Positions 53,501 through 64,000 of a DNA stretch of 64,000 nt are shown here, in pieces. Each line of letters starts with the position of its first letter. Position 1 is the stretch's first letter. Made by a program: the position numbers and the translations under genes. This stretch comes from Ruditapes philippinarum (taxonomy: Eukaryota), in contig NW_026861603.1 of the NCBI RefSeq assembly GCF_026571515.1, positions 1 through 64,000 of the forward strand, given 5' to 3'. The notes beneath the pieces are model-generated. The model saw only the letters and a list, made by a program, of their open reading frames with translations. It was not told the DNA's origin and searched no databases.

Positions 53501-54250
53501 TTAAGGTAGTCTACCCCTAATGCATTACCTCTACTGTGAGGCTAGGATCAGTGCGTGGGTTCAAAACCCAGAAGTGGCAACTTTTTTTCTTTTCTTTTTT
53601 CTTGTAACATTATTAATGTATCTCTCAGATCCCTTATTGAAAGAAAAAATTGTTTGATTTTATTTATTTAATTATTGTTAGCATTTATTTGCTAAATAAT
53701 GCCAAATTTAATAGCAAATATGATACCAGATATGTTCAATGTTTAATTTAATTAAACTTGCACGGTAAAAGTATTTAATATTTTGCAAGATCAACCAAAA
53801 TGCTTTTCAAAAAATTTAGGCAAACTTTGAAAACAATCCCTCATTGTGGTAAATTAAAGGGATATTTTGAATACGGCTTTTTACATAAGGAATTAGTCAA
53901 ATAAGTGTTTGAAGTGGTGCGGTAGAGTAACATTTTTAAACATATTAAAAAATTGTTTAGAAACAATCTTTTTGCTCGTGTTTTGTTATCTGAATGTTAT
54001 GATTTGTTTCATGAAAATGAGCAATAAGAAAACAATTTTCATAATGATATTATAGATTCTTCAGAGTTCCCTCATTTCAGAAAGAGCATCTAATAGCAAA
54101 GTTTTAGATCATAAAAATGTCGATAGCTCATAAATCACACGGTACATATCGTTTGAATTTTGCATACAGGTGACCTTTAAGGCATATAACTGTCCTATGT
54201 TGTCAATTTTACATTTCTTTATAGTGTCCATTAGGGTAGTTCTACCTTAA
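53501..54250. mobile_element. TTAA-flanked Kolobok-like MITE
   Basis: TTAAGGTAGTCTACCCCTAATG / CATTAGGGTAGTTCTACCTTAA; internal B-box-like GGGTTCAAAACCC. Confidence 0.75.
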
Positions 54251-56760
54251 CGTATTGTCACACTTTTCATCCTTAAGTATTTTATTTATTAGAAAATTAC
54301 CTAAACTATCACCATCACGTTATTAAAACATCTTTTAGGTCAGCCAAAGTAAAACAAAAGGAGACCTTTACTTAAGAGTGTCTTAGAAAAACCTAAGAAA
54401 CGCACATTCTGGATGCCTACATTTTCATTAACAAAGGAGAATCACGTTTATGACCTATCTGAATAACTACAAATAGCTATACTTTGATAATTTTGCGGAA
54501 AAAATTAAGAACGACACGAATATAGTTAAGATATGATAATGCTCATACAAAATAGCTATGAAACTAAGTTGCCTAAAATAGAATTGATGAGTGGTATTTA
54601 ATGCACTTTGTCCCTCCAGAAATGTTGTAAGGCATCAATTTATATCTATTTCTATCAGATTTATCCAATTATTCATATATAAGAGTTTTGTAAGTGAATT
54701 ATCTCCACCAAAATGTAAATCATAAGGAATTTATGATTTGAAAAGGTACAGCAGTATGTATGTAGAAACATTATCTACACAAAACAGATGCTTACCTTAC
54801 ACAAACTTTATCATCAAATATGATTTGTAATTAGCATAAGTCTTGACCAGTGGGTATCAGTTGCATATTTTGACATTTTATGTTTTCATTTATAATTTCA
54901 AGTTCAAATTTTCCGTTTCCCTAGCTGGCAATTTAATCAACCCCTCAAGCGCAAGCTGATTTAACCTCTGTCTGGACAGTTGGAAATATGATATTGATCT
55001 TATTGGACTTCTCATATGCAATTCGTTAGATAAATCAGTTACATTTTCCACAGAAGTGGATGTTTGTTTTTAGATTTTACTAAGTATCTTTGTAAACTTC
55101 ATTAACTCGTTCGTGATAAAGCATTAGTTTTCTTGCGATCATAAAAGTTGAGTTGTGCACAAAAAGTATTTCTTCTGAAAAAAAAAAAGAAATATTAAGT
55201 TAACTTTAATGCTACATAATTTGCTGTGAAATATATTAAAAATTTTAATTCTTAAATAAGTGAAAGGTTTTTCATTTTATTCACAACTGTGTGTGTAGTC
55301 TACCTAGTGTAAGTCATTTAGTTCATATCTAACATATTTGTATATTTTTTTCAATCAACACAAAAGGTAACACATAAAAAAGCCTGGTTTTAGAATCTCA
55401 AATGTGTTATTTTTGTGATGTTCAATAAGACTAGATGTGAGTAAATGTGTCTCACATCCTGTCAATCACTCAAATGTACTATGGTTGTAAGGTGAAAGAA
55501 ATGATTTGGTCACAGCAAATGACGTCGTTCAAGGCTAGGATTTCGAATGAAGTTTCGAAATTGCATATAATTAATGTATATTTTTACAAGAAATAAAAGT
55601 AGAAATTTTGTAGTTCTATTAATACGGATGAATATCACTACTATCTTTTAACAAAAATGTTCAGAAACGAAGTAAAATTTTACCATGCAACACTTTAGTA
55701 ACCCAATTAAATTTTCACCATTAAGTTGCTATTTTCATCTGGGATTTTGTTACTTAATATTTGTAATAGTATTTTTTCAATGTAAAACAAATCTAGTTGG
55801 TTTTAGATGTTATGATGTTGTTAAGAAAAGACATATTCCCCAGACGTAAAGGTTAACGTTCTATTGGCAAAACAGTGTCAGTATTAAGAACGTATACGAG
55901 AGTTTCCATCCTATGTGAATTTCTGTTCAGTTATTATATCAAGTAAAATGTTTAAGTGTCAGTGTTTTAAAACTTAAGGAAATTATGAGTATTTTTGCTA
56001 TTTATTATGTAATATATGTCCTGTTTAGACACATTAGTTATTATTTCTAGCATTATAATGGGCGTTTTCATTGCACAGCAATAACGTAAACTCTGACAAG
56101 GTCTCAAAAAATAATTGTTTCTGATCAAAGTATCTGAGCAAAATAAACATAACACATGTCTAGCCTTCGGTTTAACGTCAAGGATATGTCCTTAATGACA
56201 AAATATATCTTATGATTACTATTTCTAACATATTCATATTCAGTGACAATAAAATAATTAATACTAATATAACAATTAGTATTGTTTTAGATGAATCAAA
56301 GTTCCCTAATACAGAAATAAAAAAAAATCAAGATAAAGATGGTATTCACTGTACGCCACCCTACAAAGAACCAGAAAAAACAGGACCTCCCGAAGGAGCC
56401 CAGCAAAGTACCAAACAAAAACGACAGATGAAAGAACGGCAAAACACGGAAATGGATTCATTACACTCAATTCAAGGAAGACAAATCAAACAAACTGTCA
56501 AAGATATTAAAGAAGACAAATAATTCAAAGGAAAAACATAGATAAGGGTTAACACATTTATAGCCTTTAGTTTAATGTTCAGGATACGTCCTCAATGATG
56601 AAATATGCCTGATTACTATGTTTTTCAATGACAACGAAATCATTATGACCTTCTAATGTACCTTATATTAAAATCGGGGTCCGTATAAAATCATTTCTTA
56701 ACTGAAATTTAATTTACAATTACGTAGGATAAAAAATCTCGATTAAGAAATTAACAATGA

Positions 56761-56845
56761 AATGATGATGATGATTATGATGATGATAATAATAATAATA
56801 ATAATAATAATACAAATAAAAATGATAATAATAATAATAATAATA
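56761..56845. repeat. (ATG)n/(AAT)n microsatellite
   Basis: Direct reading. Confidence 0.9.
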
Positions 56846-57987
56846 AAAACACACAAAACAACAACATTCTACCATTGCTTGAAATTGATATTCAAAATGT
56901 GAGTTTGATCCGAGTCAACAATCAGGAAATGTTCAATATTAATGTTGTTATATTTAACAATTTGCTCTGCGGGTATGTAAATTTCGTAAGTAAATAAGCC
57001 ATGTGCCCTTAATTACTTTTTAAGTGATTTGGGTCGGAAAAAGTAACAAAAACGAAATAAAAAACCATGATACTACTATAAATGAAGTAATATTTAATCT
57101 TATAAAAACTAAAACCATTATTTATTCCCTGATTATAACAATTTTAAAAAGACAATAAGTTAAAATGCTTTAGAATATGCATGAATAAACAGCTTACCGT
57201 TGAATCATTGATACATAAATATTTTATTGCTGTGAAATCGTAAAACGTCTTCAATAAGATTGATGCAAAAAGACAAAGTAATTCAAATCTATAAAGAATG
57301 AATACTGTCACCTTATATAAAAAGAAATTGAACTAAAATTTTGAAGTCATTGACACCGTCTAAATATAGTAATGCCCCGTCAAAATCAATATGACTTCTC
57401 ATACTTATTACAAGCTATTGTTTGTAAAATCTAAAAGAATGATTCCCGGGAGACATCTGAAAGAAAACAAACAACTATAGAAAGTTACTGGTTTGTTAAT
57501 GTCAAATATTTGTTAAGAGATTTTTTGTTTGTGACGGACATCGTTTGAGCGATGTCTCGAAATATAAATGTAGAAAGCGTGCCAACGTCAATTTGTTGAC
57601 AACGTGATGTGAATAAACAGTTAATTAACGGTAGTTTAGAAAAAAATAGAGTGGATATAATAAACTCACAATATATTAAAATACAGGATATTTTGAGTCA
57701 ATCGATATAGATTCAATGAGTACAAATTCCTATAGGACATTTACGTTATGTAAATGTTTCAATGGCATTTTCAATATGAGCAATAATGCAGAAGCACGCT
57801 GATGAATTAGTTCATATATTATTGAATAGGCTATTGCTTAAGTAATCATGTTTGTTCATAGTTTGTTATACAATGTAATGTACTACACGTCTTAAAGAGT
57901 ATATGTAACAACTGACATTCACTTTTAACAATAGATGATTAGCTCGGCAAAATACCAATTGCATTTGATTTTGTAAGTTGTAAGATA

Positions 57988-59097
57988 CAGCATCGACTGC
58001 TGCTACCATCTCCTTCCTCAGGTGGGTGCCATATTCATTGGGCGTTTCGGCGCTTCCCACTACGCCCTCCTATGGTGCGCCGACTAGAGTGATATCAAGC
58101 TCTAGCCAAGAGATGGTAGGCTTCAGCTATCCCTGCTTCACCTGCCTTGAAGCGGGTACTCCCTAACTATTGGTCTTTCGACCCTCCAACTATGGCTCTT
58201 CTTTCTTGCGCCAGATCCACAATGAAGCTGACTCGGCTTCATGTGCTATGTTAGATATGGCTTTGCTGCGCGTTTGTCCTGTCACACCAAGGCAACCAAA
58301 TGCTCGCCATAGTGATCGCGCTGGGAAGCCTCTACATCCAACTTCCACTGCAAAGAACCAAGACCTCCAACCTCTTTCCTTACAGGTATCCACAAGAGGC
58401 TGGTATTTTTCCAGTTTCCTCTCATAACTCTCTTCGATTCTTTCTTCCCATGGCACTGTGAGTTCAAGTAGAACAACTTGTTTGCTGGCTGAAGACCATA
58501 AAACAATATATGGTCTTAGTTTGGTCACAGTTATCTCTTCCGGGAATTTCAGTTTCTTCTTCAGGTCAACCTCCATCTGCCAGTCCTTAGCTGTACTAAG
58601 AATCCCCTTTCTAGGATTTCCTGCTCGTCCAGTTTGACCTTCTCTCACAAAAGGAATGAATAGAACACCTTTTTTCTTATTTTTCTGTAAACGCCTTGCA
58701 TGGTCCAATGGCTCTGCTATTGATGCCAGGACTCTGTCATGACGCCAAGTGTACCTCCCATCTTTCAAGAAGGTTTGGCACGAATTGAGGATATGCTCCA
58801 GATTTGCTGGACTTCCGCAGTGTTTACACTCTGGGTTGTCAGAAAGGCCCCATGTCTTCAGGTTTACAGGACTGGAAAGTACATCGTAGACAGACCTAAG
58901 TAAGAAACTTAGTCTTTCGCCTTCTGTCTTCCAAATATCGCCCCATGCCAGCTTTCTTTGCTGAACGCCTTCCCAATTGAGCCATCTGCCTTGCTTACCA
59001 AGAGCTGCGGCCTTGGTCTGTCTGTGTTCCTCTTCTGTCCGTCTGACCTCACTTTGTATCAAAATTCTTCTTTCCTTTTGACCTGCCTTGCTCCACT
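57988..59097 (-). mobile_element. 5'-truncated RLE-type non-LTR retrotransposon (Hero-like)
   Basis: ORF 58190..59158 has CKHC...HILNSC (CCHC), RYTWRHDRVL and LRP(Y)IVLW...LLELTVPWEE endonuclease motifs. The catalytic PD is changed to PY. GC content drops abruptly at about 59097. Confidence 0.9.
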
Positions 59098-59702
59098 GAA
59101 AAAAAACTATTGATTGAGTTAATTTAACACAATTGTAAGCATATCTCAAGAAAGCCATATAATCAAGTTTATTGACGATTCGTTAAATTATTTATATAGA
59201 TGAGAATAGAATAAAACGAGAGAGGCAATTAGAGTTAATTAGAGTTGACGAAATCATTATTATTTTCGGAATGAATTTGATCACATTTAAGCGAAGAGTA
59301 AAAAAGCTTCAACATAAATTAGGATCTTTTAATACATATCAACAGAAAAGATTTGTGTTACTTAAATATTTATTCCTTGTGATAGACTGTAGTCAAGTAT
59401 TTAACTACCGATATGTGGATACAGTGCAACCGCTTTAAAAGTGATGTCGTCAGTCCTTAATAAAGATATACTATGCTCATTTATGTGCTCACTATTTTTA
59501 TCGCAGAAATGTATTGAACTCTAGAAAAAGTCTATATGAATTCTTTCTTATTTAAATAAAAAAATGTATAAACTATGTATGGGAGCCGTGAACCTTATTG
59601 CGGGTTGAGTAAAGCTGACCCTTTCTTTAAAAAATATTTTTTAGTGACACTATATATTCATACTATGTCCATTTATAGTGTGTAGGATTTAAAACATAAC
59701 AT

Positions 59703-61350
59703 ATTCAATTCAATTCAAATAGTTTATTTTCGTCTCATCACATGTACAACACATATTTCACAATCAAATGAATAAAACTTGTAAAAGTACATATGCCATT
59801 CAATATAGAATAATATGAGACGTGTAAGCAAAGCTTACATCTATAGGTAAATAAAAAGATCATATTTACATACTTATATGATTATATACTATACACACTT
59901 ATAATAAATGTATTGGGAATGCTGTGAATCTATCATTTTTAAGCTTTCATATGTCTACTGATGTGTCTAAAAGTCTATATATTAAACAATTCACTAGTCT
60001 GATGTTACAACAATTCTAATGAAAGTTAAGAGAAATAAAATCTAAAATGTATAAGATGCACTTAAAAAAAACCTTAAAAAAAAGAAAAAAAAAACAAGAC
60101 ATTATTCCATAACCATAAAATATATTCCATCTATAAGATTCACAACACTCTCTATCTTAAAATACCTACGTAAAAAAGAAGAGTTACCTACAATAAAGTA
60201 AAAGACGTATAAAAAATATTAAATCAGGCTTTGGCTGTAAACTTAGTCATACATGGATTAACAACAGGTTATGCATTTTCTCCACATCAGATAAGTTGTC
60301 AAAATTATTAACAATTGTTCTCGCAGATTCAAATAGGTCTTCCCTTAATTGTATATAGAGTGGAAAGTGTAACATAACATGTATCTCATCTTTAACGGTA
60401 TCAGTACAGTTAAAACAAGTTCTTTCATGTATTGACAGATTTCCATGCCTCCCCGTTTCCAATCTTATCGGTGCAACACCGCATCTAAATAATGCCATAG
60501 CTCTTCGATAATGAAATGGCAAATGTTCTTTTACATAAGTTTCAGTTTCAAAAACATTCTTGAACATTCTATATGTTCTTATTTCCACCATTTCCTGATA
60601 TTGATGACACACGATTTAATGATTGCTTCTACATCAAATTTCTTTATACATATGTATTTTGTGTGAAGTCAAAACATGTTAATTTCATAATTACAAAGAT
60701 CCCGTGTAGTAATTATCAATATTTTCAAATATCAAATTTGAGCAAAGCATCTCTGTAAGTACGAAATTGCTATCTCGTTAAACACATAAAGACATGTTTA
60801 CTGAAAATAATCATAATCATCGAAGACATCAAATATAGTGTTAATCTAGTTTGACTTAGCTTTTATATTCTATGAGACTCCAGTCTTTAAATTAATATCT
60901 TTCCATTCATATTATCAGTGATTACTTTTCATATCACTCTTCACAAATTATCATTGCTTATTTTCTTAATAAAAGTTGATATATTCACAGACAATTATTC
61001 AGTTTATAATGACTTCATTGTACATTTCATTATTAATTGAAAACCGTGCACAGAACGCCTTACTTCTTAAAATCTGTCTCAAAATTACAATTTTTCAGCT
61101 TAAAAGTACATTTTATTTGTAAACCTAGACAACAGTGTGCTTTCTCCGTAAATATCATTTCAATAACAATAAACGCTCTTCATTCTACAGAACTTGAAAG
61201 AAGCCACAAACCATTACGAAATCTCACTTTAACTAAAGTGTTCTCTGTTGTGGCTGCTTTCTTTACATTAAATAGATACAAAGTACATTTTAGCACGAAT
61301 CAGATATTGACAATAACTCATTAGTGATCTGGTCTTAAAATAGAATAAAA
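59703..61350 (-). mobile_element. Decayed LINE (probably CR1/L2 group), 3' portion
   Basis: ORF 60247..60612 has ALFRCGVAPIRLETGR...RTCFNC...DEIHVML. The minus-strand tail AATAAACTATTTGAATTGAATTGAA lies at about 59703. The 5' limit is uncertain. Confidence 0.7.
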
Positions 61351-62902
61351 GTAATTTGTGCAGGGGGTGATATTTTTTTCAAATGAAGTAAAGATATGGC
61401 ATGTGTAAAGTTATGGCAAATCGTACTAAAGATAAAACAAACCAAACGTTTCCAATGGCAATGTTTAATCACTATCAATATCAATGCTTTTAATGTATGT
61501 TATTTTATTAATTAACACTAATATTATATCTGAACTAGATAATACTCGTATTTGTTTGGTGCATCGAGTCACTTGTTCATGTATACGGTTTTTAAAGTCT
61601 TTTAAGCTTTTAAGAACACGAACAATTCTAGTTGATTGTATCATGGTTAGCTCCATAAGCTGTAATTGTATTAGACGACATTTTAAATCATGGATCACGT
61701 GATAATGTTAAGAAATAAACGTTGGATTAAAACAAATTGATTCATTTAATATAGAATTAATCGAATATTTTGCATTTACTGTAATAAAGTTTAACAACTA
61801 ATAATAAGACAGGGTTAAATTTAAGATTCCATTTTAATTAATTACATGGTCCTCAAGAACGAAAATAAGCAGGAAATATTTTTGTATGGTTTCCCTTTAC
61901 TCATCTATTACACTTATTAAAATAATCATTTATTATTTAATTAATTTAAATAAAGTATCAATTTTGCACTTGAAAGGCGCGTTTAACTAAATCAACGATG
62001 AAGTAATATTGATTAACATTTACATTTTGCAATACCTTTACACTGATTTGTAGTTTTGAACTGATGTTGACATAAACGAAAACAATATTTACCTCAATAT
62101 CATGAATTCAATAGAATCATTATCATCAATGTTATTAAATAATATTGTTTTCAATAGAAGTGCATCATATTAAAGGTCGTAAGGGATATATAAATGCTTC
62201 AATTATTTCATATATTAGTCACCTACATGTCACTGTTCCCTTAAATGTCATTTTAACCTTTCGAGTACATTTACACATTACAATGAAAACGATTATAAAG
62301 TTCCCATTATTATACAATATTCAGACCTGTACAGTGTATCCTGAGTTTAACACTAGTCAGACATTCAATTCTTTCAAAAGTATTGTGCGTAAGTAAAAGT
62401 TTTAATTTCTAACAAGTCATTATTAAAGAAAAATAGTCTTTCTTTTCGTTTTTTTAGCTGTTGCATTTTACGTTGTCTGTAGATTTGTCAACATTTTCAC
62501 AATAAATTCAATGTCATTTATGGGAAAGATAATGAAGGCTTAATAAAAAAAACGTTCCTTTTCAATTAAAAAATCTCACTAAGTATGTCGATGATTCAAG
62601 AAAAAACAAGAACTGATTAATACGCTTTTAAATCATATCACATTTCAGTTTGAAACGATATTACAGAATTAAAGAATTGCTAAAGGTTTTATTTGATGTC
62701 TAACCCTTTTAACGACATTCTTTTGCTCACTGTAACCAAAAATTAAAATTTAATCGTTGCTCGGGTTGAAATAACGACATTTATATTTAAACAGGCCAAC
62801 CATGCGCCAGAAAACGGTCTATTTTTTGTGTTGGTAAAAATGTTACTTATAACTAATATTAAGAATTAAAGAAAACATGCCGGCAAAATTGTTTGTGTTT
62901 TC

Positions 62903-63166
62903 TATGGCGGCTGATTTGTTTCATTCTTGTTTTCGCCCCGCGACCCCGCCAAGCGAAAAGTCGAGAATTAACAAGTTAAAATGGCGGGGGCGCAGAGCGA
63001 AAACACGCGAATTAGCGAGGGCGCGGGCGAAGTTTAATGCCGCATGTTTTCGTCCCGCGACCCCGCCAAGCGAAAGTCCATAATTAATTAACAAGTTAAA
63101 TTGGCGGGAGCGCGGAGCGAAAACACGCTTTTAAGCAGTGGCGAATGGCTCAAATCAGCCACCATA
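62903..63166. mobile_element. MITE with TAT...ATA ends and a 6-bp TSD GTTTTC (IS3EU-like)
   Basis: TIR TATGGCGGCTGATTTG / CAAATCAGCCACCATA; GTTTTC on both sides; two internal GC-rich palindromic units. Confidence 0.85.
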
Positions 63167-63319
63167 GTTTTCACATTTCACTCCATTATGTCGACTTAGT
63201 GAAATAAGGAAGATAATTGGGACATTAATAGAATTGACCTGCTTGTACTCTCCTTAATTAGGTAATGGGAGTAATATTGCACTCATTTAACGTTTCATGT
63301 AATATTGTCGTTCTGCAAC

Positions 63320-63395
63320 AATAAAACTTGAAAGTCGCCGTATGACCTTAAAACAGTGTTTGTCTGAATTAAAATCCAGTAAAACAAACAAACAC
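63320..63395 (+). mobile_element. SINE 3' tail remnant
   Basis: AAAGTCGCCGTATGACCT...AAAACAAACAAAC; similar to the sequence interrupted at 18468. Confidence 0.45.
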
Positions 63396-64000
63396 ATATT
63401 ATATAGGTTTTTCATATTAGAAATATTTTGTATTTAATTGAGTGATAGCATCGAGTCAGAAATCAATTGAAACTAGTCGGTGTGTTTCAAAAGATTGTGG
63501 TCACCTTATTTGAGAGCGTATGTAAATGAAAAAATATATTCACTTTACAAACAATAAATATCAAATCATCGCCAGTGTTTTCCATTTGAGAAAGGTCGTC
63601 GTTCATATAGTATAGACAACTATTTATTTTTAATGAATAAATTTAAAATACTAATTGACTGTTTATTTATGTTTTTTCTTTGTTTTGTTTTAAGGACTTA
63701 TTCAGAATGCTTTACATGTAATTTGTATTTCATTCCTCTAAATAATCAATATAGACGTAATATCCCAACTGACAAAGACATTTTGCAATTTAAGTGAATA
63801 TGTACTTTTTAAGTATGAAAATAACAACAAAAACAACATTTAGACAAAACGTTAAGCAACGGCTACTTATATTCTTGGAAACTCGTTTTGGTGTATCCTG
63901 TTTCCATTTTCGACGATATAGATGCAATGCTTGATGTAAATATTGAAATCAAATATTTTTTCTTGATATGTATAACCGGATAATTACAAAGTCTAATTGT

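Noticed and set aside
410-63083. Remaining short ORFs in the supplied track
   Set aside because: They have low-complexity AT-driven composition or are translations of repeats, with no domain signatures or coherent exon chain.
63336-63346. CGCCGTATGA matches the candidate PSE core
   Set aside because: It lies in a SINE-tail context and no family RNA follows.

Overview
AT-rich (roughly 30% GC by eye) animal genomic DNA. The repeat content (Helentron-associated elements, tRNA-derived SINEs, palindromic MITEs) suggests a mollusc, probably a bivalve; this is inference. No intact host protein-coding gene is supported. The only recognisable protein fragments are decayed transposon ORFs: a Hero/RLE-type retrotransposon, an L1/Tx1-type LINE, two CR1/L2-group LINE 3' ends and a mariner remnant. 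The main unexplained signal is a dispersed cluster of about 16 copies (plus 2-3 distant ones) of a ~150-160-nt non-coding element, on both strands between 3.6 and 52.8 kb. It has a conserved fold with compensatory substitutions, a UUGCA(C/A) hairpin loop, an Sm-site-like AAUUUUG followed by a 3' stem-loop, a 5' arm resembling U1's AUACUUACC, and a conserved upstream motif. The order and spacing of these motifs parallel U1 snRNA, but the primary sequence is far from canonical U1. I interpret it as a candidate novel, diversified U1-like snRNA gene family undergoing birth-and-death evolution. All alignments and folds were done by eye and coordinates of degenerate copies are approximate.
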